A stretch of DNA of 64,000 nucleotides from Acidimicrobiales bacterium (GTDB taxonomy: Bacteria > Actinomycetota > Acidimicrobiia > Acidimicrobiales > SZUA-35), in contig JBHJNQ010000017.1 in the NCBI GenBank assembly GCA_050330635.1, positions 68,840 through 132,839 of the forward strand, written 5' to 3'. Within the stretch, counting starts at the first letter, position 1. The number at the start of each line of letters is the position of its first letter. This document shows, one piece after another, positions 17,966-27,705 of the stretch. A model generated the notes under the pieces. The model was not told where the DNA came from and ran no database searches. It worked only from the letters and a program-made list of their open reading frames with translations. The translations under genes were made by a program, and so were the position numbers.

Positions 17966-19507
17966 GTGGTGGCCATGTCGGTCGACGTGGTCGTGGTCGG
18001 TGGTGGAGCGGCGGGTGCGGTGGTGGCCGCCAGGGCCAGTGAGCATCCCCACCTCGAGGTGGTCCTGATCGAGGCCGGCCCGGACTACGAGACCCCGTCG
18101 TCGATCCCCGCCGACCTCGTCGACGGCCACCGCAACTCCCTCGTCGATCACGACTGGGGCCTCGACCACGAACCGGTGCCCGGCGGCCGCGCCGTGCACT
18201 TCCCCCGGGGTCGGGTGATCGGCGGTTCGACGGCGGTCAACACCACGATCGCCCTGCGCGGGATCCCCGCCGACTACGACCACTGGGCCGCCCTCGGCAA
18301 CCCGGCGTGGGCGTGGCCCGAGGTCCTCCCCGCCTTCCGCCGTCTCGAGCGCGACCTCGACCACGGCGATGCCCCCTACCACGGGGATGCCGGGCCGATC
18401 ACGATCCGCCGCTGGCAGCCCGACGAGCTGACCGAGACCCAGGCCGCCTTCGTCGACGCCGCCCTCGACGCTGGTCACCCGGCCTGCGTCGACGTCAACG
18501 CCCCCGACGCCGTCGGGGTGGGGGTCATGGCCATGAACAAGCTGGGGCGGGTGCGGATCTCGACCGCCGTCGGCTACCTGGCCCCGGCCCGGCTGCGCGA
18601 CAACCTCACCATCGTGGCCGACACGCTGGTGGTGCGGGTGGTGGTGGATCGGGGGCGAGCCACCGGCGTCGACGTCATCGGACCGGACGGTCGACGACGC
18701 ACGATCGACGCCCGCCTGGTCGTCGTGGCCGCCGGCGCCGTCCACACTCCGGGCATCCTCGTCCGCTCCGGCATCGGCGATCCCGACGAGGTCCGTGCCG
18801 TCGGGGCCGACCCGGTGGCCGCCGTGACCGGGGTGGGTGCGGCGCTCGCCGATCACCCGGCGCTCGTCGTGGCGATGACGCCGCGGGCCCCGGAGCTGTG
18901 CGCCCCGGAGCTCCCCCTGGTCCAGACGATCACCCGGTTCACGTCGGATGGCAGCCCCCACGAGCTCGACGTGAACATCGAGCTCATCACCCGACTGCCC
19001 CGCCGTGGTGGCGGCGGGGCCATCGGGCTCGCCGCCAGCCTCGAGTGGGTCGAGGGCCGGGGCCGGGTCCGGCAACGCTCGGCCGATCCGGCGTCGATGC
19101 CGATCATCGAGTCCGGGTTCGGGATCGACGACGGCGACGTGGCCCGCAACGTGGCGGCGTGGCGGGAGGCCCTGGACATCGCCCGCCGCCCTCCCCTGGC
19201 CGACCTGTACGACGAGATCGTGTTCCCCGACCCCGCCCGGAGCGGTCCCGACCAGCTGACGGGCCTGGCCCGCCGGTCGAGCGGCTCCGGCTACCACCCC
19301 TGTGGAACCGCCCGCATGGGGCCGGTCGACGACCCGGGGGCCGTGGTCGACCAGTACGGTCGGTGTCACGCCGTCGACGGTCTGGCGGTGGCCGACGCCT
19401 CGATCATGCCCACCGTGCCCCGGGCCAACACGAACCTGACCACCATCATGATCGGGGAGCGCATCGGGGAATGGCTCCGCACCGAGCCCGCTCGATACGG
19501 TCTCTGA
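17966..19507 (+). CDS. GMC family FAD-dependent oxidoreductase
   Basis: FAD motif VDVVVVGGGAAGAVVA and C-terminal GMC signature GSGYHPCGTARMG ... ADASIMP. Start is GTG 17966 or ATG 17975. Confidence 0.85.
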   Translation: MVAMSVDVVVVGGGAAGAVVAARASEHPHLEVVLIEAGPDYETPSSIPADLVDGHRNSLVDHDWGLDHEPVPGGRAVHFPRGRVIGGSTAVNTTIALRGIPADYDHWAALGNPAWAWPEVLPAFRRLERDLDHGDAPYHGDAGPITIRRWQPDELTETQAAFVDAALDAGHPACVDVNAPDAVGVGVMAMNKLGRVRISTAVGYLAPARLRDNLTIVADTLVVRVVVDRGRATGVDVIGPDGRRRTIDARLVVVAAGAVHTPGILVRSGIGDPDEVRAVGADPVAAVTGVGAALADHPALVVAMTPRAPELCAPELPLVQTITRFTSDGSPHELDVNIELITRLPRRGGGGAIGLAASLEWVEGRGRVRQRSADPASMPIIESGFGIDDGDVARNVAAWREALDIARRPPLADLYDEIVFPDPARSGPDQLTGLARRSSGSGYHPCGTARMGPVDDPGAVVDQYGRCHAVDGLAVADASIMPTVPRANTNLTTIMIGERIGEWLRTEPARYGL

Positions 19508-19509
19508 CC

Positions 19510-20289
19510 ATGGCACGACTGACCGAACTGAGCCGCTCCGTGGCCGGGAAGGTGGCGCTGGTCACCGGCGCCGCCTCCGGCATGGGGCGGGCCACCGCCC
19601 ACCTCTTCGCCGACGAGGGGGCACACGTGGCCGTCACCGATCTCGGGGCCGATCGGGTGGGGGCGGTGGTCGACGAGATCACCGGCGCCGGCGCCTCGGC
19701 CGCCGGCTGGGAGATGGACGTGTCCGACGCCGACCGGGTCGGCGTGGTGGTGGGTGAGATCGTCGACCGTTTCGGCGGTCTCGACATCGTCATCAACAAC
19801 GCCGGGATCTCCCGCCCCGCCGCCATCGACTCCGCCGACTACGAGGACGACTGGGCGCTCAGCTTCGAGGTGTTGCTCACGGCCCAGACCAGGGTCATCC
19901 GGGCTGCCCTCCCTCATCTCCGAGCCTCCGACGGGGGCCGCATCGTCAACATCGCCTCCACCGAGGGGTGGGGTGCCACCAAGGGGATGAGCCCCTACAC
20001 CTCGGCCAAGCACGGGGTCATCGGCCTCACCCGGTCGTTGGCCGTCGAGCTCGGGAGGGAGAACATCACGGTGAACTGCATCTGCCCGGGGCCGATCAAC
20101 ACCGGCATGACCGAGGAGATCCCCGACGCCGACAAGGCGGTGTTCGCCAAACGACGGACGGCCATCGGCCGGTACGGGATCCCCGAAGAAGTGGCCCATG
20201 GCACCCTCAACTTCTGCCTGCCCGCCTCCCGCTACATGACCGGTGCCGTCCTCCCCGTCGACGGCGGCCTGCTCATCAAGAACGCATGA
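19510..20289 (+). CDS. SDR family oxidoreductase (3-oxoacyl-ACP reductase-like)
   Basis: Contains VTGAASGMGRA, NNAG and YTSAKHG. The ATG lies 3 nt after the GMC stop. Confidence 0.85.
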   Translation: MARLTELSRSVAGKVALVTGAASGMGRATAHLFADEGAHVAVTDLGADRVGAVVDEITGAGASAAGWEMDVSDADRVGVVVGEIVDRFGGLDIVINNAGISRPAAIDSADYEDDWALSFEVLLTAQTRVIRAALPHLRASDGGRIVNIASTEGWGATKGMSPYTSAKHGVIGLTRSLAVELGRENITVNCICPGPINTGMTEEIPDADKAVFAKRRTAIGRYGIPEEVAHGTLNFCLPASRYMTGAVLPVDGGLLIKNA

Positions 20290-21119
20290 TCACCGAGCTC
20301 GGGTTCGTCCTGCCCAACAACTGGGGGCTTCCCGATCCGGGGCCGGTGATCGACCTGGCGGTCGAGGCCGAGGCCGCCGGGCTGGGGTCGGTCTGGGTCA
20401 ACCATCACGTCCTCAACGTGGGCTACATCGAGGAGCGGCTCGACACTCGGCCGTACCACGACGCCCTGACGGTGCTGTCGTGGGCTGCCGCCAGGACCGA
20501 GCGGGTCCGGCTCGGCACGTCGGTCCTGGTCCTCCCCTACCTCCATCCCATGGTCCTGGCCAAGACGCTGGCCACGCTCGACCAGCTGAGCGGGGGACGC
20601 GTCATCGCCGGTCTCGGGGTGGGGAGCCTGCCGGAGGAGAACGCCATCCTCCGGGTGCCCTACGACACCCGGGGGGCCGACGCCGACGAGGACATCGACA
20701 TCATGCGGGCCCTGTGGTCGTCACCCCTGGCCGACCACGACGGGGTCCGCTACCGGTTCGAGGGACTGAAGACCGGACCGCAGCCCCGTCAGGACCCGCT
20801 GCCGGTGTGGATCGGGGGCTCGGGGGCCCCGGCCCGTCGCCGGGCGGCCCGAGTGGGCCAGGGGTGGCATCCGATGTGTTCCGCTCCGGGCCTGGCCCGG
20901 CGGATGCCGAGCCTGCTGGAGGAACTGGGGCGCGCCGGTCGTGATCGGTGGTCGATCGTGGTGGCGCCCCGTATCGACGTGTCGCAGGTACCCGACCGGT
21001 CCGCTGTCGAAGCCTTCGCCGACGCCGGGGCCGACCAGCTGATCGTGGGGGTCGGCAGCGCCGACCTCGACGAGATCCGGCGCGGTCTCGACCATCTGGC
21101 CACCCTGCTGCCGAGTTGA
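20286..21119 (+). CDS. LLM class (probably F420-dependent) oxidoreductase
   Basis: Contains VRLGTSVLVLPYLHPMVLAKTLATLDQLSGGRVIAGLGVG. The ATG overlaps the SDR stop as ATGA. Confidence 0.8.
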   Translation: MITELGFVLPNNWGLPDPGPVIDLAVEAEAAGLGSVWVNHHVLNVGYIEERLDTRPYHDALTVLSWAAARTERVRLGTSVLVLPYLHPMVLAKTLATLDQLSGGRVIAGLGVGSLPEENAILRVPYDTRGADADEDIDIMRALWSSPLADHDGVRYRFEGLKTGPQPRQDPLPVWIGGSGAPARRRAARVGQGWHPMCSAPGLARRMPSLLEELGRAGRDRWSIVVAPRIDVSQVPDRSAVEAFADAGADQLIVGVGSADLDEIRRGLDHLATLLPS

Positions 21120-21133
21120 GATCGGACGGGCCG

Positions 21134-21152
21134 GACCGGGCCACGCCCGGTC
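21134..21152. terminator. GC hairpin between convergent genes (possible bidirectional terminator)
   Basis: GACCGGGC-CAC-GCCCGGTC, a perfect 8-bp stem, sits between stop codons at 21119 (+) and 21151 (-). There is no U-tract. Confidence 0.35.
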
Positions 21153-23160
21153 AGGCCACGGTGTCGGTGCGGGACACGAACTCCGCGCTCTCGGAGAACG
21201 CCAACATGACCGAACCCCGGGCCACACCACGGGCCAGCTCGCCCCGCCAGAAGCTGCCCCCCTCGGGATCCGGGTCACGTCCGAGCACGTTCCGGTAGAC
21301 CAGGTCGACGAAACCGGCGTCGTCGACGGTGCCGTAGCGTTGCTGGAACTCGGCGGAGGCGGCGAAGGCGTCGCTGACGGCTCGCAACGGGAGGCCCGTG
21401 CCGATCCAGTAGCGGATGCCGTCGGCCTCGCCGGGGCGACCGAAGTAGGCGAGATAGAGCCGGGCCACCGGTCCCGCCTCGTCGACCCGCTGGACGGCTC
21501 CGGCGGCCGTGGCGGCGAACTCGGCCGACTCGGAGAAGCCGACGAGGATGTCGCCTCGGCGCCGGCCCCCGTCGAGGAGCGAGGTCCAGTAGTCGTGGCC
21601 GTCCCGGTCGGGTTCCCGGCCGAGGACGTTGCGGTAGACGAGGGCCACGAAGTCGCGATCGGAGAGGTTGCCGTAGCGTTGCTGGAACTCCGCCGAGGTG
21701 GCGAAGGCGTTGGAGACCGTGCCCAGTGTGACGCCGGTCGAGCGGGCCGCCACCCAGTGGTCGAGACCCTGACTGTCGGGCAGCCGTCCGAAGTAGGCGA
21801 GGTAGAGCCGGACGACCTGGGCCCGATGAGCGAACCGGGCGTTGACCAGCACCGGGTTGAGCCCGCTGGTGGTACGGTTCGGGGCCGGTCGGGCGACGAA
21901 TCCGAGGTTCTCATGGTAGCCGCCCAGGATCTCGTCGGGGTCGCCGTCGAGCCAGGTGTCGAGCACGGTGGCGTAGACGCTGCGGTGGTCTACGGTGGGG
22001 GTCGGGTTGCCGTTGGGGTCGAGGGCGGTTAGCGAGGGCTGCTCGCCGTAGTAGCCGCCGACGACCTGGGTGCCGATGGCCAGCCAGGTGTTGGCGGTCC
22101 CATGGTCGGTGCCGCCGGAGTCGTTGGCCTTGACCCTGCGCCCGAACTCGGAGGTGGTGAGGAGCAGTGTCCGGGCCCGGAACGTCGGGTCGAGACGGCC
22201 GAAGAACGTCTCGAGACCGGCGTCGAGCTCGGCCAGGCGGGCCTGCTGCATGGTGGCCTGTGAGGCGTGGCTGTCGAAGTCGCCGTAGAGGACGGAGAAC
22301 ACCCTGATGCCGAGGTCGGCGTTGATCAGGCGGGCGCACAGCTCGAGGCTCCGTTGGAGGTGACCCTCGGGAAGATCGGCAGCGTACGATCCTTCGATCC
22401 GGCCCGACAGGTCGACGGCCCGCCGTCCGGCCCCGGCCAGGAGGTCGGCCAGATCGCCCCGCCCGGTCGGCTGGTCGCCGAGGCCGGCGAGGGCCTCGTA
22501 CATCCTGACCTGCACGGCGTCGCTTCCCGCCACCTGGAAGATGCCGTTGGCGTGGTCGGGGAGACCGGAGGCGTGGCGCTGGGCACCCTGGACGACGAGG
22601 GGGATCGACGAGCCGATGCTGACGCCGTGGAAGGGGTCGTCGCCGCCGGGCAGCCCGTCGATGTACCGGCCGAGCCAGCCGCTGCGGGACCCGGGGTCGG
22701 TTCCGGTGGTGGCGGCCATCGAACGGGCCATCGACGTGAAGTGGCTGAGGTCGCCGCCGGGGATCCCGACGCCGTCGATGATGGCCACGTCGCCCGTGCG
22801 CCACAGCCGTTCCACCACCCCCAGGGCCGGGTGGAGGGCCCTGCCCTCGGACAGGTGGAGCCCGGCCGACGGGGGGATGGCCAGGCTCCGGCGCCGGTCG
22901 TAGTAGGCCCCGTCACCGGTGGGAATCACCATGTTGAGGCCGTCGTTGCCGCCGGCCATGGTGATGAGGACCAGGATCCCGTCGCCGGGACCGACCCGAA
23001 CGGCGGCCATCGCCTGGTCGGCCAGCCACGGGGGGAGGGCGGCGACGCCGGCGGTCAGGGCCGTGGCCTGGAGGAAGTGCCGGCGGCTGAGGCTGCGGCG
23101 ATCCTCCGGCAGGGGGGCCGAGACGGCGTCGACGAGTTCGACGGTGGTGGGATCGGTCAT
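21151..23160 (-). CDS. TAT-exported DUF1501 (sulfatase-like) protein with two C-terminal DUF4214-type repeats
   Basis: The ATG at 23160 lies 2 nt after the DUF1800 stop codon. Twin-arginine signal LSRRHFLQATALTAGVAALP. The C-terminus carries a ~105-aa unit twice (RLYLAYFGR...SAEFQQRYG...LVYRNVLGR.PD...FSESAEF). Confidence 0.8.
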   Translation of the reverse strand: MTDPTTVELVDAVSAPLPEDRRSLSRRHFLQATALTAGVAALPPWLADQAMAAVRVGPGDGILVLITMAGGNDGLNMVIPTGDGAYYDRRRSLAIPPSAGLHLSEGRALHPALGVVERLWRTGDVAIIDGVGIPGGDLSHFTSMARSMAATTGTDPGSRSGWLGRYIDGLPGGDDPFHGVSIGSSIPLVVQGAQRHASGLPDHANGIFQVAGSDAVQVRMYEALAGLGDQPTGRGDLADLLAGAGRRAVDLSGRIEGSYAADLPEGHLQRSLELCARLINADLGIRVFSVLYGDFDSHASQATMQQARLAELDAGLETFFGRLDPTFRARTLLLTTSEFGRRVKANDSGGTDHGTANTWLAIGTQVVGGYYGEQPSLTALDPNGNPTPTVDHRSVYATVLDTWLDGDPDEILGGYHENLGFVARPAPNRTTSGLNPVLVNARFAHRAQVVRLYLAYFGRLPDSQGLDHWVAARSTGVTLGTVSNAFATSAEFQQRYGNLSDRDFVALVYRNVLGREPDRDGHDYWTSLLDGGRRRGDILVGFSESAEFAATAAGAVQRVDEAGPVARLYLAYFGRPGEADGIRYWIGTGLPLRAVSDAFAASAEFQQRYGTVDDAGFVDLVYRNVLGRDPDPEGGSFWRGELARGVARGSVMLAFSESAEFVSRTDTVA
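21154..21819 (-). repeat. intragenic tandem duplication (2 x ~106-116 codons, DUF4214-like)
   Basis: Similarity is visible at DNA level, e.g. gccgtagcgttgctggaactc at ~21331 and ~21670. Unit boundaries are approximate. Confidence 0.7.
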
Positions 23161-23162
23161 GG

Positions 23163-24395
23163 TCAGGCCAGCTGGAGCTCGGGCGAGAGCATGGGCAGGA
23201 ACAGCAGCCCCGCACGCTCGGCCCACTGCGTGGCCAGGCGCTCGTTCTCGACGTAGTGGATGAGGGCGTTGCGGGTCGGGGCGGTGGGGGCCACGATCCC
23301 GAAGCGACGCAGCGCGGCGTCGACGGCGTCGGTCGGCGACAGCGAGTTGGAGTTGGCCAGCTCGTCGGCGTTGAACATCTTCCACCGGATGTTGCTGGCG
23401 AACTTGGCCTTGGCCCACAGCGCCGAGGACGTGATCCAGTAGGTGTTCTGCCGCCACCCCGACACGTTCGGCGGGTAGAAGGGCTTCTGGCCCATCGCCT
23501 CCAGCGACCATTCGGGGTGGGCCTCGGCACATGGCAGCCCGGTCAGGCGCATCGTGGCCACCGTGTACTCGATCGGGCTGCGGACGAGGCCGTTGCGGGC
23601 GGTGTCGGAGCGGAACCGGGGGTGGAGCAGGATGGCCCGGACCAGGGCCCTGATCTCCATGCCGCTCGCTTCGAAGGAGGCGGCCACCGTGTCGACGACG
23701 GCCGGTTCCGGTTGGGGGTAGGCGAGGAACGACCACAGCTTGGTGGCGATGAAGCGGGCCACGACGGACCGTTTCGGTCCGTCGACGATGTGGTCGATGA
23801 TCATCGGGCCGTCCCAGTTGCGGGTCAGGCCGAAGAACGTCTTGTCGTTCCAGTCGTGGGCCTCGGGGGTGAACGCGTAGGCCCCGTCCCGGTCGAGGAG
23901 GTGGCCGGTCCAGGCCCGGGCCGACTCGGTCACGTCCGACTCGGTGTAGTTGCCGACGCCGAGGGTGAAGAGCTCCATCAGCTCCCGGGCGAAGTTGTCG
24001 TTGGGACGTCCGGCGACGTTGCGGTCGTTGTCGAGGTAGGCCAGCATCGCCGGTTGGACCGACGCCCGCTGGACCAGATCCTCGAAGTTGCCGAGGCCAT
24101 GGGTGCGGAAGAGCTGGTTCTGGTCGAACAGCCAGCGGTGGTTCCCGACCTTGTCCATCGAGGTGCACAGGTGGCCGTGCCAGAACAGGACCATCTTCTC
24201 GACCAGGGGGGCGTGGGAGGTACGGCACCGTTCCAGCCAGAACCACAGCATGTCGACGTACTTGGCGTAGAACTCGCGGCCCGGGTCGAGGTCGGGAACA
24301 CCCACGTGATGGGGGGTGGCGTCCGAGGTGTCGAGCACCTGGTCGACCAGGTCCTCCCAGGAGAACGAGGTGAGCGCCGCGATGTCGGCGGGCAT
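23163..24395 (-). CDS. DUF1800 domain protein (usual partner of DUF1501)
   Basis: 410 aa, ATG start. It sits immediately upstream of the DUF1501 gene, the arrangement in which these two families usually co-occur. Confidence 0.7.
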   Translation of the reverse strand: MPADIAALTSFSWEDLVDQVLDTSDATPHHVGVPDLDPGREFYAKYVDMLWFWLERCRTSHAPLVEKMVLFWHGHLCTSMDKVGNHRWLFDQNQLFRTHGLGNFEDLVQRASVQPAMLAYLDNDRNVAGRPNDNFARELMELFTLGVGNYTESDVTESARAWTGHLLDRDGAYAFTPEAHDWNDKTFFGLTRNWDGPMIIDHIVDGPKRSVVARFIATKLWSFLAYPQPEPAVVDTVAASFEASGMEIRALVRAILLHPRFRSDTARNGLVRSPIEYTVATMRLTGLPCAEAHPEWSLEAMGQKPFYPPNVSGWRQNTYWITSSALWAKAKFASNIRWKMFNADELANSNSLSPTDAVDAALRRFGIVAPTAPTRNALIHYVENERLATQWAERAGLLFLPMLSPELQLA

Positions 24396-24489
24396 GCCGC
24401 CGAAGCCGGTTCGGCTCAGCAGATGTTCGACGTCTCGGTAGGAGGTAGCGATGGTTCAGATATCGACCATCACTGGCCGGCTGTGAGGA

Positions 24490-25329
24490 CTACAGCCGCA
24501 TCGGGCTGGCCACCAGGCTCTGGGTGACGCGGCCGACGGCGCTGCACCCGTCGAACAGGACGGCGTCGTTGAATCCGACGGCTCCGGCCGTACGCCGGTT
24601 CCGGGCGTCGATCCCCACCCAGGGACCCCGGGGATAGCGGTGGAGCTGGAGGGTGAGGTCGGGGTTGATGTAGACCTCGTCGCACGAGAGGTCGTGCTCC
24701 CAGCCGGCGGCGGCGGCCAGGTCGGCCAGGGTGGCGACCCTCACGAGATCGGTGGTGGGTCGACCGGCCATCAGTGGGGAGGTGAGCCTGGCCCACACCA
24801 CGGCGGGTCCCGAGCTCTCGGTCGATCCGCTGGCGAAGCGGAGCTCGGCGGCGTCGCAGTTGAAGCCCGGCCGGGGGTACTCGATGTCGACGCCGGCGGC
24901 CGGGTCGGCTGTGGTGTCCGGCCGGGGGGGCGGCGGGTCCTCGCCCGTGTCGAACCCGACCGACGGGGCGAGCCACTGGGTGCTGGCCCGGGCCACGAGG
25001 GGACCGTCGTGGTGGATGGCGACGTCGACGACCGAGGAACGGGCGCCGGGCTTGACCACGGAGGCGGTGACGTCGAGCTCGGCCCGGGGCACCGCCCCCA
25101 GCAGCTCGAGGGTCAGTCGCCCGCAGAGGAGTCGGTCGTCGTCGGCGACCTGCTCGGCGGCCCACGCCGCCAGGCCGCCGACCGGACCCCCGTGGAGGAG
25201 CCCATGGTCCCACGGCCCTCGACCGTGGTCGGTGGCGCTCACCCGGTGGTGAGCGGGACCGTCCGACCCGACGACGACGAACAGGGCCCGGGCCGCGGCG
25301 TCGTCGTCGTCGAGCCGGCGGCGGTTCAC
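24490..25329 (-). CDS. acyl-CoA thioesterase family protein (TesB-like double hotdog)
   Basis: Contains GLLHGGPVGGLAAWAAE and is ~280 aa long. The GTG start at 25329 overlaps the SDR stop as GTGA. Confidence 0.6.
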   Translation of the reverse strand: MNRRRLDDDDAAARALFVVVGSDGPAHHRVSATDHGRGPWDHGLLHGGPVGGLAAWAAEQVADDDRLLCGRLTLELLGAVPRAELDVTASVVKPGARSSVVDVAIHHDGPLVARASTQWLAPSVGFDTGEDPPPPRPDTTADPAAGVDIEYPRPGFNCDAAELRFASGSTESSGPAVVWARLTSPLMAGRPTTDLVRVATLADLAAAAGWEHDLSCDEVYINPDLTLQLHRYPRGPWVGIDARNRRTAGAVGFNDAVLFDGCSAVGRVTQSLVASPMRL

Positions 25330-26285
25330 GGCGTGGGCTGACGCTTGCCGAAGTGGGTGAACGTGTCGCTGATGGCGGTGGTCACCGAGGCGAGCTTGCT
25401 GCGCCCCTCGGCCAGCCGGGGTGCCTTGGCCTGGAGGTCGGCGACGGTCCACCGGCCGTCGGTGGCGATGATGTCCTCGTCGGCCAGCGACCAACCGCCG
25501 TAGAGTCCGACCTCGTTGCCGCCGACGTGGAACACCCCGCCGGTGAAGGGGCAGCCCTCGCTCGACAGGTAGGCGACCAGTGGTGAGATGTTGGCCGGGT
25601 CCCACTTGTCGAACTGGCTGGGGTCGTCGGGCGCCTTGACCACGTCCTCCAGCCCCGGAGTGGCCAGGGTGAGGCGGGTCCGGGCGATCGGGGCCAGGCA
25701 GTTGACCCTGACCCCGTAGCGGCCGAGCTCGCCGGCCGCCACCAGGGTCATGGCGGCGATGGCGGCCTTGGCCCCGGCGTAGTTGAACTGGCCGAGGTTG
25801 CCGAGCATGGCGCCGGAGGCGGTGTTGACGATGGCCCGGTCGCCTTCGTTGCCCGCCTTGGTCTGCTCCCGCCAGTAGGCGGCGGCCCAGCGGGTGGGCA
25901 CGAAGTGGCCCTTCATGTGAACGTCGATGACGGCGTCCCACTCGGCTTCGGTCATGTTGACCACGACCCGGTCGCGGAGGATGCCGGCGTTGTTGATCAG
26001 GATGTGCAGGTCGCCGAAGGCCTCGACGGCCTGGTTGATCATGCCCTGCACGCCCTCCCAGTCGGTGACGCTGGCGCCGTTGGCCACCGCCTCGCCTCCC
26101 ATGGCCTTGATCTCCTCGACGACCTGCTCGGCGGCGGTGACGTCGGAACCGGTGCCGTCGGCGGCGCCGCCGAGATCGTTGACGACGATCTTGGCCCCCT
26201 CGGCGGCCATGAGGAGGGCGTGCTCCCGACCGATGCCCCGGCCGCCACCGGTGATGATCGCCACCCGTCCATCCAATGAACCCAT
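25326..26285 (-). CDS. SDR family oxidoreductase (hydroxyacyl-CoA/hydroxysteroid dehydrogenase-like)
   Basis: Contains ITGGGRGIGREHA, NNAGILRD and YAGAKAA. ATG 26285 has GGAG 9 nt upstream; the track start at 26309 is a GTG. Confidence 0.85.
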   Translation of the reverse strand: MGSLDGRVAIITGGGRGIGREHALLMAAEGAKIVVNDLGGAADGTGSDVTAAEQVVEEIKAMGGEAVANGASVTDWEGVQGMINQAVEAFGDLHILINNAGILRDRVVVNMTEAEWDAVIDVHMKGHFVPTRWAAAYWREQTKAGNEGDRAIVNTASGAMLGNLGQFNYAGAKAAIAAMTLVAAGELGRYGVRVNCLAPIARTRLTLATPGLEDVVKAPDDPSQFDKWDPANISPLVAYLSSEGCPFTGGVFHVGGNEVGLYGGWSLADEDIIATDGRWTVADLQAKAPRLAEGRSKLASVTTAISDTFTHFGKRQPTP

Positions 26286-26407
26286 CTTGTTCACTCCATC
26301 CTCGCCCACGCGCGTCGGGGCGGCTCGCTCCTGGCCCGACCGGGTTGTCGGGGCTCACGACCCACGAAGGGTAGACGCGGCGGGCCGGGCACCGCCTCTT
26401 CGGAGGG

Positions 26408-27271
26408 TCAGGGTCCGGCGCCGGCCGGGACGTCGATCGGGTGGTCGCCGCCGAGGTCGGCGAAGGTCACCGTCACCGTCATCGTCGGGCCCGCGTCGAG
26501 ATCGTCGGGGCCGGCCGTGCCCGAGGCCCGGGCCACCAGCGACAGGGCGACACCGTCGGCGATGTCGACGGTCAACTCCACCGGATCGGCGTCGCCGAAC
26601 GGGCTGGCGTCGTCGGTGATGAGGGCGAGGGCGGCGATTCCGGGGTCGAGCCGGCGCAGGTCGCCGACCGTGACGGTGGCCCGGTGGCGGCCACCGATCA
26701 CCGGTTCGAACTCGGTGTCGTCGGCCAGGGCCTCGATGCCGGCGCCCCGCCATCCCAGCAGCGCCGGCGTCACGACGGTGCCGGCCGGTACACCCTCGGT
26801 CAGGTCGAGACCGTCGGCGTCTCCCGGTATGAAGCCATCGGCTCCGATCGGCCTCACGAAGCTGGAGCCATCGACGGAACGGACCTGCTGGATCGTGGTG
26901 TCCGATCCGGCGTGGGCGACGGCGTCGCTGGTGGCGCGGAACGTGGCCAGGTAGTCGTCGCCCGAATACTCGGTCTCCAGGTGGATGCGGCCGGTGGCAT
27001 CGGCCGTCGGTACGTCGATGTCGATCGACACCACCCCCGAGGTGGCGTTGGCCGCCTCGGTCAGGGCTGCGTCCACCGGGTCGTCGGTCGAGCCGGCCTC
27101 GTAGAGGCTGAGGGCGGCGGCGGCGAGGCCGGCGCCGACGATGACGAGCAGCAATCGCAGGACCCGTGCCCGTCGCTGGTCGTCGGCCGGCGGGCGACCG
27201 GTCGTCGGGGCGGCGTCGCCGGCGAGCGGTGGTTCGGTCGACGGCTCGCGTTGCGGATCCCGATCGGTCAT
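26408..27271 (-). CDS. hypothetical membrane-anchored extracytoplasmic protein
   Basis: A Pro/Arg-rich N-terminus is followed by one TM segment (VLRLLLVIVGAGLAAAALSL) and a ~220-aa Asp/Thr-rich domain. It lies 36 nt downstream of arsR on the same strand. Confidence 0.6.
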   Translation of the reverse strand: MTDRDPQREPSTEPPLAGDAAPTTGRPPADDQRRARVLRLLLVIVGAGLAAAALSLYEAGSTDDPVDAALTEAANATSGVVSIDIDVPTADATGRIHLETEYSGDDYLATFRATSDAVAHAGSDTTIQQVRSVDGSSFVRPIGADGFIPGDADGLDLTEGVPAGTVVTPALLGWRGAGIEALADDTEFEPVIGGRHRATVTVGDLRRLDPGIAALALITDDASPFGDADPVELTVDIADGVALSLVARASGTAGPDDLDAGPTMTVTVTFADLGGDHPIDVPAGAGP

Positions 27272-27307
27272 CCCGCCAGTATGGCGGTGGCGGTCACGGT
27301 CGCCCGG

Positions 27308-27685
27308 TCACGATGTCTGGCCGAGGGCGTTGCGCAGCTGATCGAGGGCGTCGGGCACCAGGGTGAACCACGCCCACTTTCCCCGCTGCTCCCTGGTGAC
27401 GAACCCGGCGTCGGTCAGCAGCTTGAGATGGTGGCTGATCGTCGGCTGGGTCCGACCCAGCAGTGCGGGCAGATCGCAGGCGCAGAGCTCGCCCCCCGGG
27501 GTGCAGGCCAGCAGCGACACCAGGCGGATCCGTACGGGATCGGCCAGTGCCTTGAGGCGGACGGCCAGGACCTGTGCCGTCTCCTCGTCGAGCACGGTGT
27601 CGGTCACGGGGGCGCAGCAGCCGCCAGTGGGGTCGGTTCCGGCGCCGGCGGCGGCCGGCACGGCAGCGGCGCGAGAGGAAACCAT
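27308..27685 (-). CDS. ArsR/SmtB family metalloregulatory transcription factor
   Basis: Contains LKALADPVRIRLVSLL, the alpha3 site ELCACDL, and the recognition helix QPTISHHLKLLTDAGFV. Additional N-terminal GGCCAP. The ATG at 27685 leaves the palindrome outside the CDS. Confidence 0.85.
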   Translation of the reverse strand: MVSSRAAAVPAAAGAGTDPTGGCCAPVTDTVLDEETAQVLAVRLKALADPVRIRLVSLLACTPGGELCACDLPALLGRTQPTISHHLKLLTDAGFVTREQRGKWAWFTLVPDALDQLRNALGQTS

Positions 27686-27705
27686 GACACCCGACTGTAG
27701 CTCCC

